A DNA stretch of 63,298 nt, filler included, from Folioceros fuciformis (lineage: Eukaryota), in NCBI GenBank assembly GCA_049999805.1. It is 17 parts of 17 records of this genome, joined end to end, with 100 filler letters (N's around TTAATTAATTAA, not from the genome) between each part and the next. Parts side by side here need not be neighbours in the genome. Positions count along the whole stretch, not along the records: positions 36,256 to 42,479 come from JBNGIO010001420.1; positions 42,580 to 46,588 come from JBNGIO010001421.1; positions 46,689 to 50,225 come from JBNGIO010001422.1; 14 more parts are not named here. One strand, given 5' to 3'. Both the position numbers and the translations under genes were made by a program. Below the pieces are notes generated by a model that was not told the DNA's origin, searched no databases, and was given only the letters and a program-made list of their open reading frames with translations. Below, piece after piece: positions 37,749-50,032 of the stretch; the first letter of the stretch is position 1; each line of letters starts with the position of its first letter.

Positions 37749-38855
37749 TCACCCTCTCCATTTGTTCGGCCAGTAAGCGAAGACCGAGTAGCCAGTCTTC
37801 CAGTTGTCCAGAAGCACCACCTTGCGAACTGCCATGACGCTGACGGCCATGCCGAGGAGCATCACTAGTCTCTGAGCTGCGGTGGACGGAGTCTTCACCA
37901 AAAAGTGAGAGAAAAGAGCCAGGACGATGCCGACGGTTGTGTACAGGATGCCGACCACGAAGCCCTCAGCTCCAAGCTGCATGCCTGACTGCGGGTAGAA
38001 GAACGTGTATCTGCCCGGATTGTTGCGATCCAGCATGAAGAAAGGAGAGCCCCGAATGATGTTATACATGCCACCTGAGACGCTGAAGAAGTAAATGATC
38101 AAGGCCAGAGTACACCACATCTGCTTCTCATGGAATGGAGTATTTCCGGCCATCAGCCACTTCACGACGAAGGGAGCAGCCAAAGCCAGGCCGCCAGCCA
38201 TCACTACCATCTGCTGCCTGCTGATCAGAGGAGGACGCTCAATCGCACCTACTCTCTGCTTAGTCCGCTCCTCGACGAAAGCTGCAATCCCCTCTGCCGC
38301 CCGTTCCGCCAGCGAGGCCGGGTTTAGAGGTTGGCTCTCTTTCAGATTGCCTTTCCCGGGGCCAAGGTGCCGGATCATTGGCAGGGAATTCACGCCAAAC
38401 AGATTGAATGACACCTGCGCCCGTCCCACCTCCAATTCCACAAAGAAGACCTGGGTAGCCGCTTCCTTCCCCTGATTGTGCTTGATGTAAGCTGTCGCTG
38501 CCAGGCCAAACTCCCGACGGAGCTCCTGAAGCTTCAACCCTGGTCTTTCGTACATATGCACGGCGTTGAAAAACACCAACAGCGAGTATGGCCTTCCTCC
38601 CGACTGCAGAGCAAACCGCTTCAGGCTGTTGTCGTCCAGCGTGATCACTCCATCTCCGGCCGCCTCTTGCAGTTTCAACAGCTCCTTGATCTTGTCACCG
38701 TTGCTCTCAGATCTTGCAGGCATGCATTGCGTCACCAACAGTATGTAAAGCACAAGGCTCCAGACTACGGCAGACCCCATCTTACAGTGCCACTGCGACA
38801 TCGCGTCTACGACATGACCTGAGAAAAGAAACATGAAGGAAACCAGATTAGACAA
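37749..38855 (-). CDS. OST3/6: Oligosaccharyltransferase subunit OST3/OST6 (start codon probably downstream of 38855)
   Basis: Signal peptide, thioredoxin-like lumenal domain, SGGMYNIIRG, QLGAEGF, WKTGY. Confidence 0.93.
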   Translation of the reverse strand: MSNLVSFMFLFSGHVVDAMSQWHCKMGSAVVWSLVLYILLVTQCMPARSESNGDKIKELLKLQEAAGDGVITLDDNSLKRFALQSGGRPYSLLVFFNAVHMYERPGLKLQELRREFGLAATAYIKHNQGKEAATQVFFVELEVGRAQVSFNLFGVNSLPMIRHLGPGKGNLKESQPLNPASLAERAAEGIAAFVEERTKQRVGAIERPPLISRQQMVVMAGGLALAAPFVVKWLMAGNTPFHEKQMWCTLALIIYFFSVSGGMYNIIRGSPFFMLDRNNPGRYTFFYPQSGMQLGAEGFVVGILYTTVGIVLALFSHFLVKTPSTAAQRLVMLLGMAVSVMAVRKVVLLDNWKTGYSVFAYWPNKWRG

Positions 38856-39339
38856 CTACTTGTATGCCGCCATCTCAATTGATGCGCTCGTCCTCAGACG
38901 TCAGCCAAACAATCCAACCACAGATGCAATTACCTTGCGGGCTAACAGGACGGCTGAGGTCGGGCAAAAGTTCGATGTCATTAGCGCGAAGCAACCGGAC
39001 AAGAAATAGAACGAGAACTGTAGTGATCGAACCCTAAAGTCTTGGCCGGGAGGTTCAGGGTGTCCTACTAATAACGGTACAATACGTAGACGGTGTCTCA
39101 AAATAATAGAATGACCCATGAAGTATTCGGCCATTTCGACACAATCCGAGATTGCTGTCCCTCCATCCACAAAAATAAAACCTCTACTACCATGAGGCGC
39201 CTAGTGGCCATTGAAATGTCTGACCCACCGCATCTGCTCTGTTCATGTTTTTCTACTGTACGCAGATTATGGTACACGACGTGAAAACATGTGATTGATC
39301 TTTCTCTTCTCTATGTTCTTGTCCATCCTCTCCTTCTCG

Positions 39340-40067
39340 TCAATCTTCTTCCACAGGTTCGGCATCGTCGTCTTCAGGAACCCCCCGCAAGTAGAGAACA
39401 TTATTGCACCTGCAGCATGCAAAATGACGAAGATCAGTCTGGGGTAAAATGAAGGATATCCACCACAGAGTGCAATTTGGTTACCGAAAACCACACCTGA
39501 TTAAGACTTCCCCAAGGTTCCCGGAGAATTGACCATCGATGAACTCTTCTGTGCTGGCCAGCTACACGTTTAGAACAGAGAAACTGTTCAGAAAAATCAG
39601 TTCGAGAAATTTGGCGTTCCTTTCACACAATCACGATACGGAGTAAGGTTCACCATTCACCTGCAGGTTCATGTAGGAATCCACCGACACCAAGTATCCT
39701 GCCAAGAATGACCATAAGTTAGCCGAGATGAAAACCTGGAGTAGGGGAGTTCCATCCAGCGACAGTTCAAGATGAGAGGAAACAAGAGCTGAATCAACAA
39801 CCTCGGAGCAATTTATACCTTTGTACTCCATTCCCCACTTCAACTTTACAATCACCGGTTTACCAGTCAAATCATTCAGAAACGGCTTTGGATTCACAGG
39901 AACGGTCTGCAAAGCACCGGAAGGAGGGATCAAGTTTGAACCGACCAAGTAGCTGGAAGAGAAAATGTCTCGGCGCCGTCAAGCAAACAAGAGAAGCCAA
40001 AGCAGCGAAGCAAGGTCCATACAAGAACAGAAATTCACACAGCATGGAGGACAGCAATTACCGTCAT
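39340..40067 (-). CDS. SmF: Small nuclear ribonucleoprotein F, 5 exons
   Basis: [75 protein letters not shown]. Confidence 0.96.
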
Positions 40068-40245
40068 AGCTACGGGAATTGAGCTCCCGCAGGACCTGTA
40101 CGCGATGAAGAACGACGTTGAAATAAGGGGAGAGGGAGTAGAGGTTTAGGGGTTGAGAGTTTCCGGTTCGAAACTTGAACCCTAATGAGAAGAGACTCTA
40201 CGAAATAGTGTGGGTGTCAACTCTTGGTCGATCCCGTGAGCGGCG
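40068..40245. promoter_or_regulatory. Putative bidirectional promoter with a telo-box-like element
   Basis: 178 bp between divergent ATGs; AACCCTAAT at ~40178. Confidence 0.55.
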
Positions 40246-40866
40246 ATGGTGAGGATCACAGCGGACCTCATTTTGCGGTCCCCGCAGTACTTCAACGTAG
40301 TTCGGGAACGAGAGCTGGATCTCAGAGGCAATAAGATTGCGGCGGTGGAGAACCTCGGGGCCACAGACGACCAGTATGACAGCATCGATCTATCAGACAA
40401 CGAGATCGTGAAGCTGGAAGGGTTTCCCTATTTGCGCCGCCTCACCACGCTCCTTGCGAGCAACAACAGGATCACCAGGGTGCATGCCAATCTTGGAGCC
40501 TCCTTGCCCCGGTTGCAGACGCTGGTTCTGACCAATAACAGGCTCCTGAACTTGTCGGACTTGGAGCCGCTGTCGTCGCTACCTAACCTGCAGATGCTTA
40601 GCTTGCTGGACAACATCGTGACCAAGAAACCGAATTATCGGTTGTTCTTGGTGCAGAGGCTGCCAAAGCTGCGGCTACTGGATTTCCAGAAGGTGAAGCA
40701 AAAGGAGAGGCAGGAGGCCAAAAAAATTGGTCCAATTGCGCCTTCCTCCAAGTCTCAACCTCCGAAGCCGGCTCCCAAAGTGGAAGCACCGCAGCCACCG
40801 GTAGTGAAGGGAGCTGATGAAGTCATGGTGGATGCTGCAGAGAAGCCCGAAGAGAAAACAGGATGA
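40246..40866 (+). CDS. U2A': U2 snRNP protein A' (LRR), intronless
   Basis: MVRITADLI..SPQYFN..RERELDLRGNKI...ENLGAT.DQYDSIDLSDNEI...NYRLF...LDFQKVK.KER. Confidence 0.95.
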   Translation: MVRITADLILRSPQYFNVVRERELDLRGNKIAAVENLGATDDQYDSIDLSDNEIVKLEGFPYLRRLTTLLASNNRITRVHANLGASLPRLQTLVLTNNRLLNLSDLEPLSSLPNLQMLSLLDNIVTKKPNYRLFLVQRLPKLRLLDFQKVKQKERQEAKKIGPIAPSSKSQPPKPAPKVEAPQPPVVKGADEVMVDAAEKPEEKTG

Positions 40867-42579
40867 TGTGGTGTGACCTGAGTGTTTTCTTTGCTCCGGC
40901 TTCTTGGGGCCGCCGGACGCTTTCTAAGGAAGTTCACATTCTCTATGTCAAAGCTGTTACGCTGTGAGCAGGTAGGAATGTTTTCTAGGGCGTGGGGTGC
41001 AGCACTTCCGGACTCTTCATTGTTGCCTACCGTATGTTAGGCAGTTTTGTGTCTTAGCTTCTCCAGTTGTTTGCTTCTTCCAGAGTATTGGTAGGCAGAG
41101 GGGAAGCGGCTGGCAATGCAATGGGTCCGTGAGAACTTAAGGTTTCTTCTTTTTTCTTATTTAGGCTTTGTTATGGCCAGGTGTTTGGCTGGACATCGGC
41201 CATGCCAGAAGAAGGTGAAAACAACATTCTTCCCAACGCCAGGGGTGGATTTTGGGGCTGTGGAGCTTACATTTGAAACCCTTTGCAATGTGAGTTACCC
41301 AGGAGGGCCAGTATACGAGCTGCACTTAATGAAGAATGCTTCCTTCCTGCTGCTGACCTTGATCAGGAGGATGTTGCTTGTTCATCTGTATTCGTCGATC
41401 AGAGACAGTGGATTTGCACTGTTATGGCACATGTGGATGACAAGACCCAACGCACAAGAACCTGAACATAGCGAGCGCTTGGTAGCCTCTGGGTTGCCGC
41501 GCTTGCCTGTGATGGAACAGGAAGTTTTCAATCTGAAGGCCGACAGTGTGCGATTCCTGTCTCTGATCTCCTTGTCCGTTTCCTAGTTTGTCACTCTTAG
41601 GAAGGTTTGCTATGTGTCTGAGGTCACATGGCGTGTCTTGGTTTGTCTGTAGCTTTTGCTTCCACAGTTGAACGAAGCTTCGCTAGTCCTCAAGATTCTG
41701 TGCCATTCCTGCATCCCTTTTGCCGATGTATGTTGCTTGCTGGTTGTGGATTGCTCTTACACCGCGCCTGTTCTGCGGGCTCAACCCTTATTTGACACTG
41801 GTTTAACCTTCCTTGACTAACGTTGTTCCCGAATGCCGTGTACATACCCGCCTCGGGAATGTCATTCCAGTAGGCACACACCTCCGGGCTGTCAGGGCAC
41901 CAATCTCCTTGAACAATGACGTTCCTAAGTTCATTCCCGGAGGTTTAGTACTGTCGGGGCTTTCCGACTCAGGTAACCTTCAAAGCCCAAAATCCTCTTA
42001 CTCTCCTCGCCCACTGGAGGCGTCCCCGTCTGCCCTCTTCGGCCGCGGGATAGCTGGTATATTCCCTCCCCTGTGTGACCTGAGCGCGCTAAGAGAACCT
42101 CCATGTTCGAGGTCTTCTGTGCGCTGCCCACTCTGGTCGCTGGCTGTGCGGACGTAGAGATTCCGTCGCACCATCATCGGACGGAGTGGGTTGGAGTGTG
42201 GAACGTGGGGGAATCGGACAGAGTGGGTTGGAGTGTGGAGCGTAGGGGAATCGGACAGAGTTGGCGTATTATTCTTTGAACACCGCATCTCAGTTCAATC
42301 GAATAGTTCTGGATACGGGTTAGCCCAGTTACCTATTAGAGATCTCGAAAGCAAAGAGACGGATATCTCCAAAAACAAAAAGGGAAGCGACCCAACGAAG
42401 GGAATCAACTACCTGCAGCAACTGGTAATCAGGGATGTGAAAAATGCGTCCCTGCAGCTCTTTGTGATCAGATATGAGANNNNNNNNNNNNNNNNNNNNN
42501 NNNNNNNNNNNNNNNNNNNNNNNTTAATTAATTAANNNNNNNNNNNNNNNNNNNNNNNNNNNNNNNNNNNNNNNNNNNN

Positions 42580-45500
42580 GGCCAGTTGTGGACTTAGGCA
42601 AAAGTAAGGGCCGAGACGCCGGGGCGACGGTAGCCGGTAGGGCAACCGTCGCCGGAGGGACGACTGGTGGTAGCCCGATGGGCGGTAAGGAGAGAAAGCA
42701 GGCAGGGCATAAAAACCCTAGAGAAAGGGGAGCTTGTCCAGTATCCGAAATCGTGGGGAGCGGGAGTAACTTGAAGCGTGAAGCGGTTGAAGGAGGAGAA
42801 AGCGCCAGGACGACGGGGCAGACGGCGCAGGGCGTAAGGGTTGAGCAGGCACAGGGGAGTGGGGGACCTCCAAGGTGCGAGCGGTGGAGAGAGCTGGGCG
42901 AACAGGGGAAGAGCCAGAGCGTGACCATGACAGAAGAGTTCCGAGCCCAAGTGTGAGGGGAGGAGGACAGGCAGGATGAGGTCGCGGCCTGAACTGATCC
43001 CTGGAGCAGCAGCCTCTAGACAAGAGGGGGGCCCTCCTGTCCCCCGAATCGACCTACTCTTGTGGCCAAATATGGAGCACTTGAGGGTCAAGGCAAGAAA
43101 GTTGGTGGCAGAGTTGGGTATGACTTTTATGACCAGGAAGTGGAACCATGCAGCACCCCAGCTGGTCAGGGAGTGCGCCTTGAGGCTGATAGAGCCTGTA
43201 CGCGAGGAGGGGATCAGAGGCGGACCCCAGGAAGGGAACCTGGAGTTGATTAGGAGGGTCTACGGGCGCGACCAACAGGAAGAAGGGGGCCCAGTGCTGG
43301 AGTCCCTGAAGAGGCGTGGCGGAACGGGAGCCGCGGAAACGCTGCTCAAGGCAGGCACGAGAAAGGAAGCAAACGGGTGGCTGGTGCATGACATGGCAAG
43401 TCCCCAGCTGTTGGGATTGGCCAGGTGCTTCGTGAGCTTCTTCCAAGTACGCAAACAGGATTATCTGTCCGATTAGATGCTCCTATTTGTGCATGAAGTA
43501 GTGAAGGGCACTAGGATCGATTGGGGGAGGATTTTATACGCCCGGATGGATGAGGAGAGGCAAAACCTGATCCGACCCACCCCTGAACCTTCTATGATTT
43601 CCCCGTTTCTAATCCATGTGTACAGTTACGCTAACCTGGTCACTGAGCTAGAAATGCTGGCCTCGCTCCACCTGTGGAAGCCAGTTCGCGATGTGAAGTG
43701 GAAGCCCGCTGAGCCAGCAAGGGTTGCCTCCAGCAGTTGGGAAGCTGACAGTGGGAATAGCTCGCAGGAGGAAACCCCAGTCAAGCCCAGGAAGAGGATG
43801 GTGCCACAAAAGAAGACTCCTGCCAAGAGGAAAAGGACCAGAGGACAAAGTGTGAGCATGGGGGCTGATCAGGAGGAAGGGGGGACAGCCCTGGAGCAGA
43901 CGGGTCAGCAGGAGGCAGAACGAGAACGACCTGTCTAGGGAACCAAGGACCGAAGGTTGGAAGAGCAAGGTCAGGGTGAGACAAGATCTGAGGAGCCACA
44001 GGATCAGGTGATGGCAGCCGACACAGACAGGAGGATAAGTTAGGGCACGTTTCAGCACAGGAGGGTTTCTCAAGGTGGAAGGACATTTTCAGGTGCAGGC
44101 CTCAGAGAGACAAGTTGCAGGTGGGGGACCTGGACAAGTTGCGAGAATTCCTGGGCAGACAAATCACGGCGAGAGGAATGGGCACCGGAGGGGTGCAGGA
44201 GGTGGACCTACCCGGGCTGACTGCTGCGATGGTGCAAGCCCAAGCAGACCTCCTGGATCAGGCTACTAGGGCCCTGACCTGGTTAAGTGTACAAGCGGAG
44301 CGAGAGGCCGAGGCTTGGGGAAAGGAGGAAAGGCTCATGAGCGAGAGGCTGAAGCAAGGAGGCAACTGGCGGAGTCAGAGATGGCGTGGCAACTGCTGGA
44401 GGAGAAGCAGTGGGTCCTGGACAGGGAGAAGGCTCAAGCAGAGGAAGAGGCGCGCGAGGCAAGGGCTGAAGTGTAGGCGCTGAAAGAGCAACAGGGGACC
44501 CTGCTACCTCAGGTGAGGGAGGCTCACGAGACTAACCTGGAGATGCAACAGGAAATGGCCAGGGCACAGGAGATGGAGATAGCCATTGTGGAGCAAGCTC
44601 AGAAGTTGGCTGATAGATACAAGCGGGAGCGGGATGAGGCCAAAGAGAGAGTGAAGGGGAAGACCAAGGCTGGGCGTCCGAGTCAGTCGGCGACCCCGGT
44701 AGCAGAAGGGGCTACTGGTAGCCGAACCAAGGGAACGGTAGTCGAGGGGACTACCGGTAGTCGGGTAGCCGACGGGGCTACCGGTGGCCCAGCAAGGCCC
44801 AGGATAGCTGAAGAACCAACCCTGGAAACGAAGGAGGAAGCAGTAGGGGCGCCTGCCCCTAGGCGCTCCAGGAGGGTGACCCGTACCAGGAGGACAGAGC
44901 CGGAGGAGGCAACAGCTGAGCAGGCAGAGAACCTTCAGGTACCCCAGGAGGAGGGAGAGCAGGCAACCCGAGGTAGCCCAAGGGAGGACGGGGTAAGCAC
45001 CTCTGTTATGACAGAAGGTCGGATTGTGCTGCAGTATGAGGAGGAGGCCTCCTATGTGCCAGGCTTGTATGTAGAAGGGGCCATGGTTCTGAAGCTGTTT
45101 CTGTATGTACGTATAGGCACAGGAGGGACGCGGGGCTACGGCCTACAGTTGAGGACGCGCCTGGGACTCTACCACTACAGCTAGTGGGTGACTGGACTGA
45201 TGGAGGCAGTTCTGGAGGAACTGACGGAAGAGGAGGCCGAGCGCTGGGTAGAACGGGGGCCTGTGGCTGTCCTCAGCAACCAGAGAAGGAGGAGGAGTGG
45301 TGGACCACAGCGGCGGGACCCACCTGCGCCGCCAGCTAGGTCCAGCAGTAGCAGCAGTGATGTGGAGATCCTCTAGGAGGATCTGCCGGACCAACGGAGG
45401 GGCAGAAGGGCGAGAGGAGGAGCAGCAAGGGGTGACGCGCGAAGGCTAAGAGGAAGCCGCCAGCTGCGTGGGAAAGGGCGATAGTAAATGCAGGCTAGAA

Positions 45501-46588
45501 TAGGATTTTTTAGCGTGCTTTATTTGGACCTAAGTCGCTTAGAATTTAAGAGCGCAGCCCCCCTGCCTGACAGACTTTATGGCGGAAAAAACCGCCATCA
45601 CTGTGTACAAGAGGCCGGTTTGAAGGCCTAAGAAATCAGCAAGAACCAGCCAAATAGTCGACCTTGCAGGGACCTAGCGATGGCCGTTGCTGGACAGGAG
45701 GTCCAGGCAAGCGAGCGCACGTAGCAACCTGGGGTGCGGGTGTAGGTGGTGGGCGCTCCGTGATCAGGTCCGAGGACGAATCGGGAGGAGGAGCCTCGTC
45801 GAGTGGGAGAGAAGCTCCCCAGCCATCCTCGAGGTGGTCACGTGGGGTGGTGTGGGTGTCGGAGCCGAATCCTCGAGTTCGGAGTGGAAGGGACTCCTCT
45901 TCCCTTAGCCCCGGCACCTCACCATTCCTCAACGTTAATAGGAGCCCAAGAGGGGCATCGCTGAGAAAGAAGACTAAAGAACTGGAGAAAGGAGAGCGCG
46001 AGAGTGCGCGTGTGTGAGAAGGAGGAGGAGCGAGTGGTCGAGTAGTGGGTAAGAGCGAATGTGAAAAGGAAGCCAGAAGGAGTGGAAGCAGAAAGTGAAG
46101 GGGAGTGGAAGTGATTCGACGACTGTTAAGACGGGCAGAATGTATACAGAGAACTGGCGAGTGGGGTAAGAGAGAACAAAGCCGGGGAAACCCTGGAGGC
46201 GAGGTGAGTACTGTGTTTGGGGTGCAATGAGACGTGGTGTGTATGTGTGACTGGTCGCGATGAGATTGGAGAGGCTGTGAGGAAGCTGAATTGAGACCGC
46301 AGGGGGTGTATCTAAGGTGTGAGATCACGCGGGTGGAAGGCGTCCAACAGATTGCTACTGTTCATGTGTTCGTGCGCTTGTTCCTGAGGTGAGTGAGGCG
46401 GTTTTGTGGTGAACCAAGGAAGGGAAGCGCAAAAGGGGATGCGCAGGCATGAGGTAATTAGTCTGGTAGGAACGACCTCATAGTCAATGATAGTCCTATG
46501 AACTTTTGTTGTTTTATAGGATCGAGTAGAGACTAGACGCGCGCAAGAGAGTGCGACAAGGAATAGAATAATGTTATGCGCGTTGCGC
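42580..46588 (+). mobile_element. Retroelement internal region with a long decayed accessory ORF (~42976-45376; conserved N-terminal domain plus coiled coil)
   Basis: Chain of ORFs; IDWGRILY...SPFLIHVY motif; paralogs at 10545-11150 and 61500-61911. Confidence 0.65.
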
Positions 46589-47112
46589 NNNNNNNNNNNN
46601 NNNNNNNNNNNNNNNNNNNNNNNNNNNNNNNNTTAATTAATTAANNNNNNNNNNNNNNNNNNNNNNNNNNNNNNNNNNNNNNNNNNNNCGATAGAGCCCC
46701 GGTCCAGTCCCGAACAAACGACCGATCGATCCCGCACCCCTCGTCGGCCACGCTCGAGATAGCGGCAAGCTCTTGGCCAAGTCTTGGAGCACGGCCAGAA
46801 ACGCAAACGCAATGACACAGCAACGCATTTTCGCCGTCTGGCAAATCGAAATTAGACTTGGCAAGTGCAGTATCCTACAAAGGCCACCCGTGCCATATAT
46901 TGTTGTCGCGCGTGACAACCAATAGCATTTTTGTCGGACTCGGGCTCCCAACGCTAGGTGTCTATTTTTAGCTGCCCGAAACTCACCCACCCGACACCAC
47001 TGCGTACTCACTGCATCTACTTATCCCTTTCCATGCATTCATTCTGGGGCTTATCGAAGCAAGCAGGCGGCGTGATCTCCATGCCACAGACTCTTCAAGA
47101 GGCTGTAAAGGG

Positions 47113-47935
47113 TCACATCTTCTTTCTAGATGGCTCTCGCATGAGTCCCTGCTTCCTAAGAGAGATGATGTAGTCTCTCATGAAAGAAAACTTGTGTTGG
47201 CCCATGTAGTGGAGAAAGTCCCATGGGTAGATCCCGGTGTTGTGGAGATCGTCGAAGGAAATCCTGCAGAGCCATGCAGACGTGAGGTGAGGTGATGTGA
47301 GGCAGAGAGGCTGTTTGTGAGAAACAAAGTGTTGGTGATGGGGGGATGTGGTACCGAATCCCGTAGTTCCCAACAGACTCCACGGAGATGATGCCCACAT
47401 GCTTCCTCCCGGATATTACCTGCATTTTGTGTGGATGCACTGCAGAGTTGAACTTCACCACATCCGTATCTGTATCTGGGGAAGAGAGGGGATGAGATTG
47501 TCGTGTGTGGGGACGAAGGTACCTACCGTTGTGCCTTTTTGAGCTCTAAGGCCTTTGCTGTCGGCAGCTGGGCTGTGTACTCGCAGAAACTCTGCTGAGA
47601 AACGGAACTGGTTACCGTCATCGAACTGCACCTCCAGAGCCTGCATTTGCATTCAGTGTAGGTCGGGAGCAGGGAGGCAGGGAAGCACGCAGGCAGGCAA
47701 GCGGGCAAGCGGGCAAGCGGGCAAGCGGGCAAGCGGGCAAGCAAGCAGGCAGGCCAAGAGAGGAAGAGCAGGTTAAGGTGTTGGGGTTGGGAGTGGTGGT
47801 GCTCACATTGAGGAAGGGATGGTCCGGTGGGAACCTTCTCAACGCAACTTGAACTGGGCGGGCCTTGGAAGTTGAGGATATCGTGGCCAAGGACCGTGCA
47901 GCTGTTGCTGCTGCTGGCCAGGCTTGGAAACCCAT
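47113..47935 (-). CDS. DUF971/GBBH-like N-terminal domain protein, multi-exon
   Basis: LEVQFDDG..FRFSAEFLRVHSPAAD; VGNYG.RI.FDDLHNTGIYPWD. Confidence 0.88.
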
Positions 47936-47986
47936 CTTCACCCTTGCCGTGGATGTCAACCTGAGATGGGGTTACGGAGCTTCGCG

Positions 47987-50032
47987 ATGTCCTGCACCTC
48001 GGCACCTACGAGGGCTGTGGGCTGTAGCAGCTCTTGTGGCGGTCCTCATCCCCGAGCCCTAGAATGTGGGAGGGTTTGCACGATTGGGCGCCCTGCAGTT
48101 GTCTCATCCGGGGGATGGGGAGCAGGACTGCGGTACGCCGGTCCTGGGAGATGCGTCGTGGGGGGTGGGAAGGTGAAGGCTCGCCGACGCTGCGTGGCCA
48201 CTCGCAGCACGTTCTCTGAAGCAGGCAGGGATGGCAGAGAGTCTGGTGTGAAGGTGGGAGAATCCTTTGTTCATGCGCCGGTGCTGTCCAGGAACAGGCA
48301 GCCCAAGGGGTTGATACATTTCCTGGGAGGTGCGTTCATCGGCCGAGCTCCTGAGCTTACCTACAGGTACCGTCAAAATGCCCGTGGCACGGTGATGTTG
48401 CTGGTGTGCGTGAAATCTGTGCCAAGGCTCTCTGGAGGCCGCACTGCAGTGCGTTTTGATACGTGATGTCGCTGCCCCGACCAGGCTTTTCATTGAACTC
48501 TTGGCGAAGGAGGGGTATCTGGTCGTGGCAACTCCGTATAGCATAACATTTGACCATTCAGCATGCGCTCTGGAGCTGCATCAGAAGTTCAATGATACCC
48601 TCGATATCTTGTTGGATTCAGGATTCGCCCCAGCCGGCTTGGCTGCTGAGGATGTTGCTAACCTGCCAGTCTACAGCGTCGGGCACAGGTAAGGTCTTGA
48701 ATGTCTTCTTCCATGCAGGTGCTGTCTCCAGGAACAGGAGACTTTGGAGTTGTGGGATTAGTCTCTTTCCAGAACCACTTGGTTTACATTGCATTGTTCG
48801 TCTCCAGCAATGGGGCTCTCATGCAGGTCCTCATTGGATGCGTCTGCAAGGATCGAACATTGCCCAAGGTAGAGTTTGTTGAGTTGGGCTGGGGATGTCT
48901 CTGCTCCTTGCCTTCTGTGTTTGGACTTTTTCGCGTGAGGGCAGGAGGCAGATAGAGGCTTCGCCGCCTTCTGTTCGTCATGTTTCTTGGAACTTGAATG
49001 CACAGGCCAATGCCGTAGTTTCTTTCAACAACAAATCAGCTTCCGAGGCTGTCCCCTACTTCGATCAGGTACATACAACAAGATGGCGTGAGGCTGCTCG
49101 AGTTTCTGTATCCTTGCCGATATCCCTGCGTTTAATCCCATCTCTCTTTTTTGTGTGAAACAGGTCCGCCCAAGGATTGCTCAAATCGCTCCTTTGGCGT
49201 CAGCCGCTCCTGTAACTAGCCTCGTGCAATTTGTGGCTGGTATTGCCGCCATCTCGACCTCTCCTTCCAGATCAACACCATCCCCATAGGAGTACTGATG
49301 AACAGGTCTGGTATTCGGCAGATGAGGTCGTCCCAGCTGTCGGGAATTTCTTGGGCCCAAGAGTGGTTCCGAAGTCAGATGTGACATCAGTCAGCAACTT
49401 CTTGAGCCAGATCCCAGGAGTCCTGAACCAGGTATGGTTCCTGGGTGCTGAACCTCATCCCCTCTAGATGCATCCAGCCATCGCAAAGCTGATTCCACCT
49501 CCAACAGCAACAGGTCACGGAAGGCGTCTTAGAGTTCACGCCGACACCCGCCGACAACCGCCGAAACATAGCTGCATCGTACTCCATACCCAATACCCTT
49601 CTGGTGCCCGCTCTCCCCTCCCACTCCCTGTCCCGTGTGCCCTTGCTCCCACTCTGAGCACGCCATCCCCTCCTCTTTGCAGGTCAAGTACACGGTCGAC
49701 ACCATCGACGAAACTGACATTCTGGAGGAGATCTTGCAACCTCGCATCCAGTCCCTTGGAGGCAAGCTCCAGAAGATCATCCTCACAGGGACCCATGCAA
49801 CTCCTCTTGCTCCAGTACGTCCACCTTCCTCCCACAAGCTGCTACCTTCTGCCACTGCCGCCCACTCCGCTTAACCTGCTGTGTGCCTGCTACACCTCCA
49901 CAGGACCTGAGGTGGCGCACAGGAGACGTCTACTCCCCCCTCGATGCCATCGGTCAGGTGCTCAAGACCGCTGCTCTGGCTGATCTGCGGGGCACAGCAA
50001 GGAGCATTGTGGACTGGTTCGATCTTCTGTGA
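47987..50032 (+). CDS. DUF1350 alpha/beta-hydrolase-fold protein, multi-exon, with a transit-peptide-like N-terminus
   Basis: IHFLGGAFIG.APELTY, PY..TFDH, VGHSNGAL, SFNN, EFTPTP, DTIDET, GTHATP. Confidence 0.9.

Noticed and set aside
41116-41586. 156-aa ORF downstream of U2A'
   Set aside because: No recognisable family; may be UTR or a decayed fragment
45580-45600. ATGGCGG-AAAAAA-CCGCCAT hairpin as a terminator
   Set aside because: Eukaryotic TE context; more likely an element terminus, orientation unresolved
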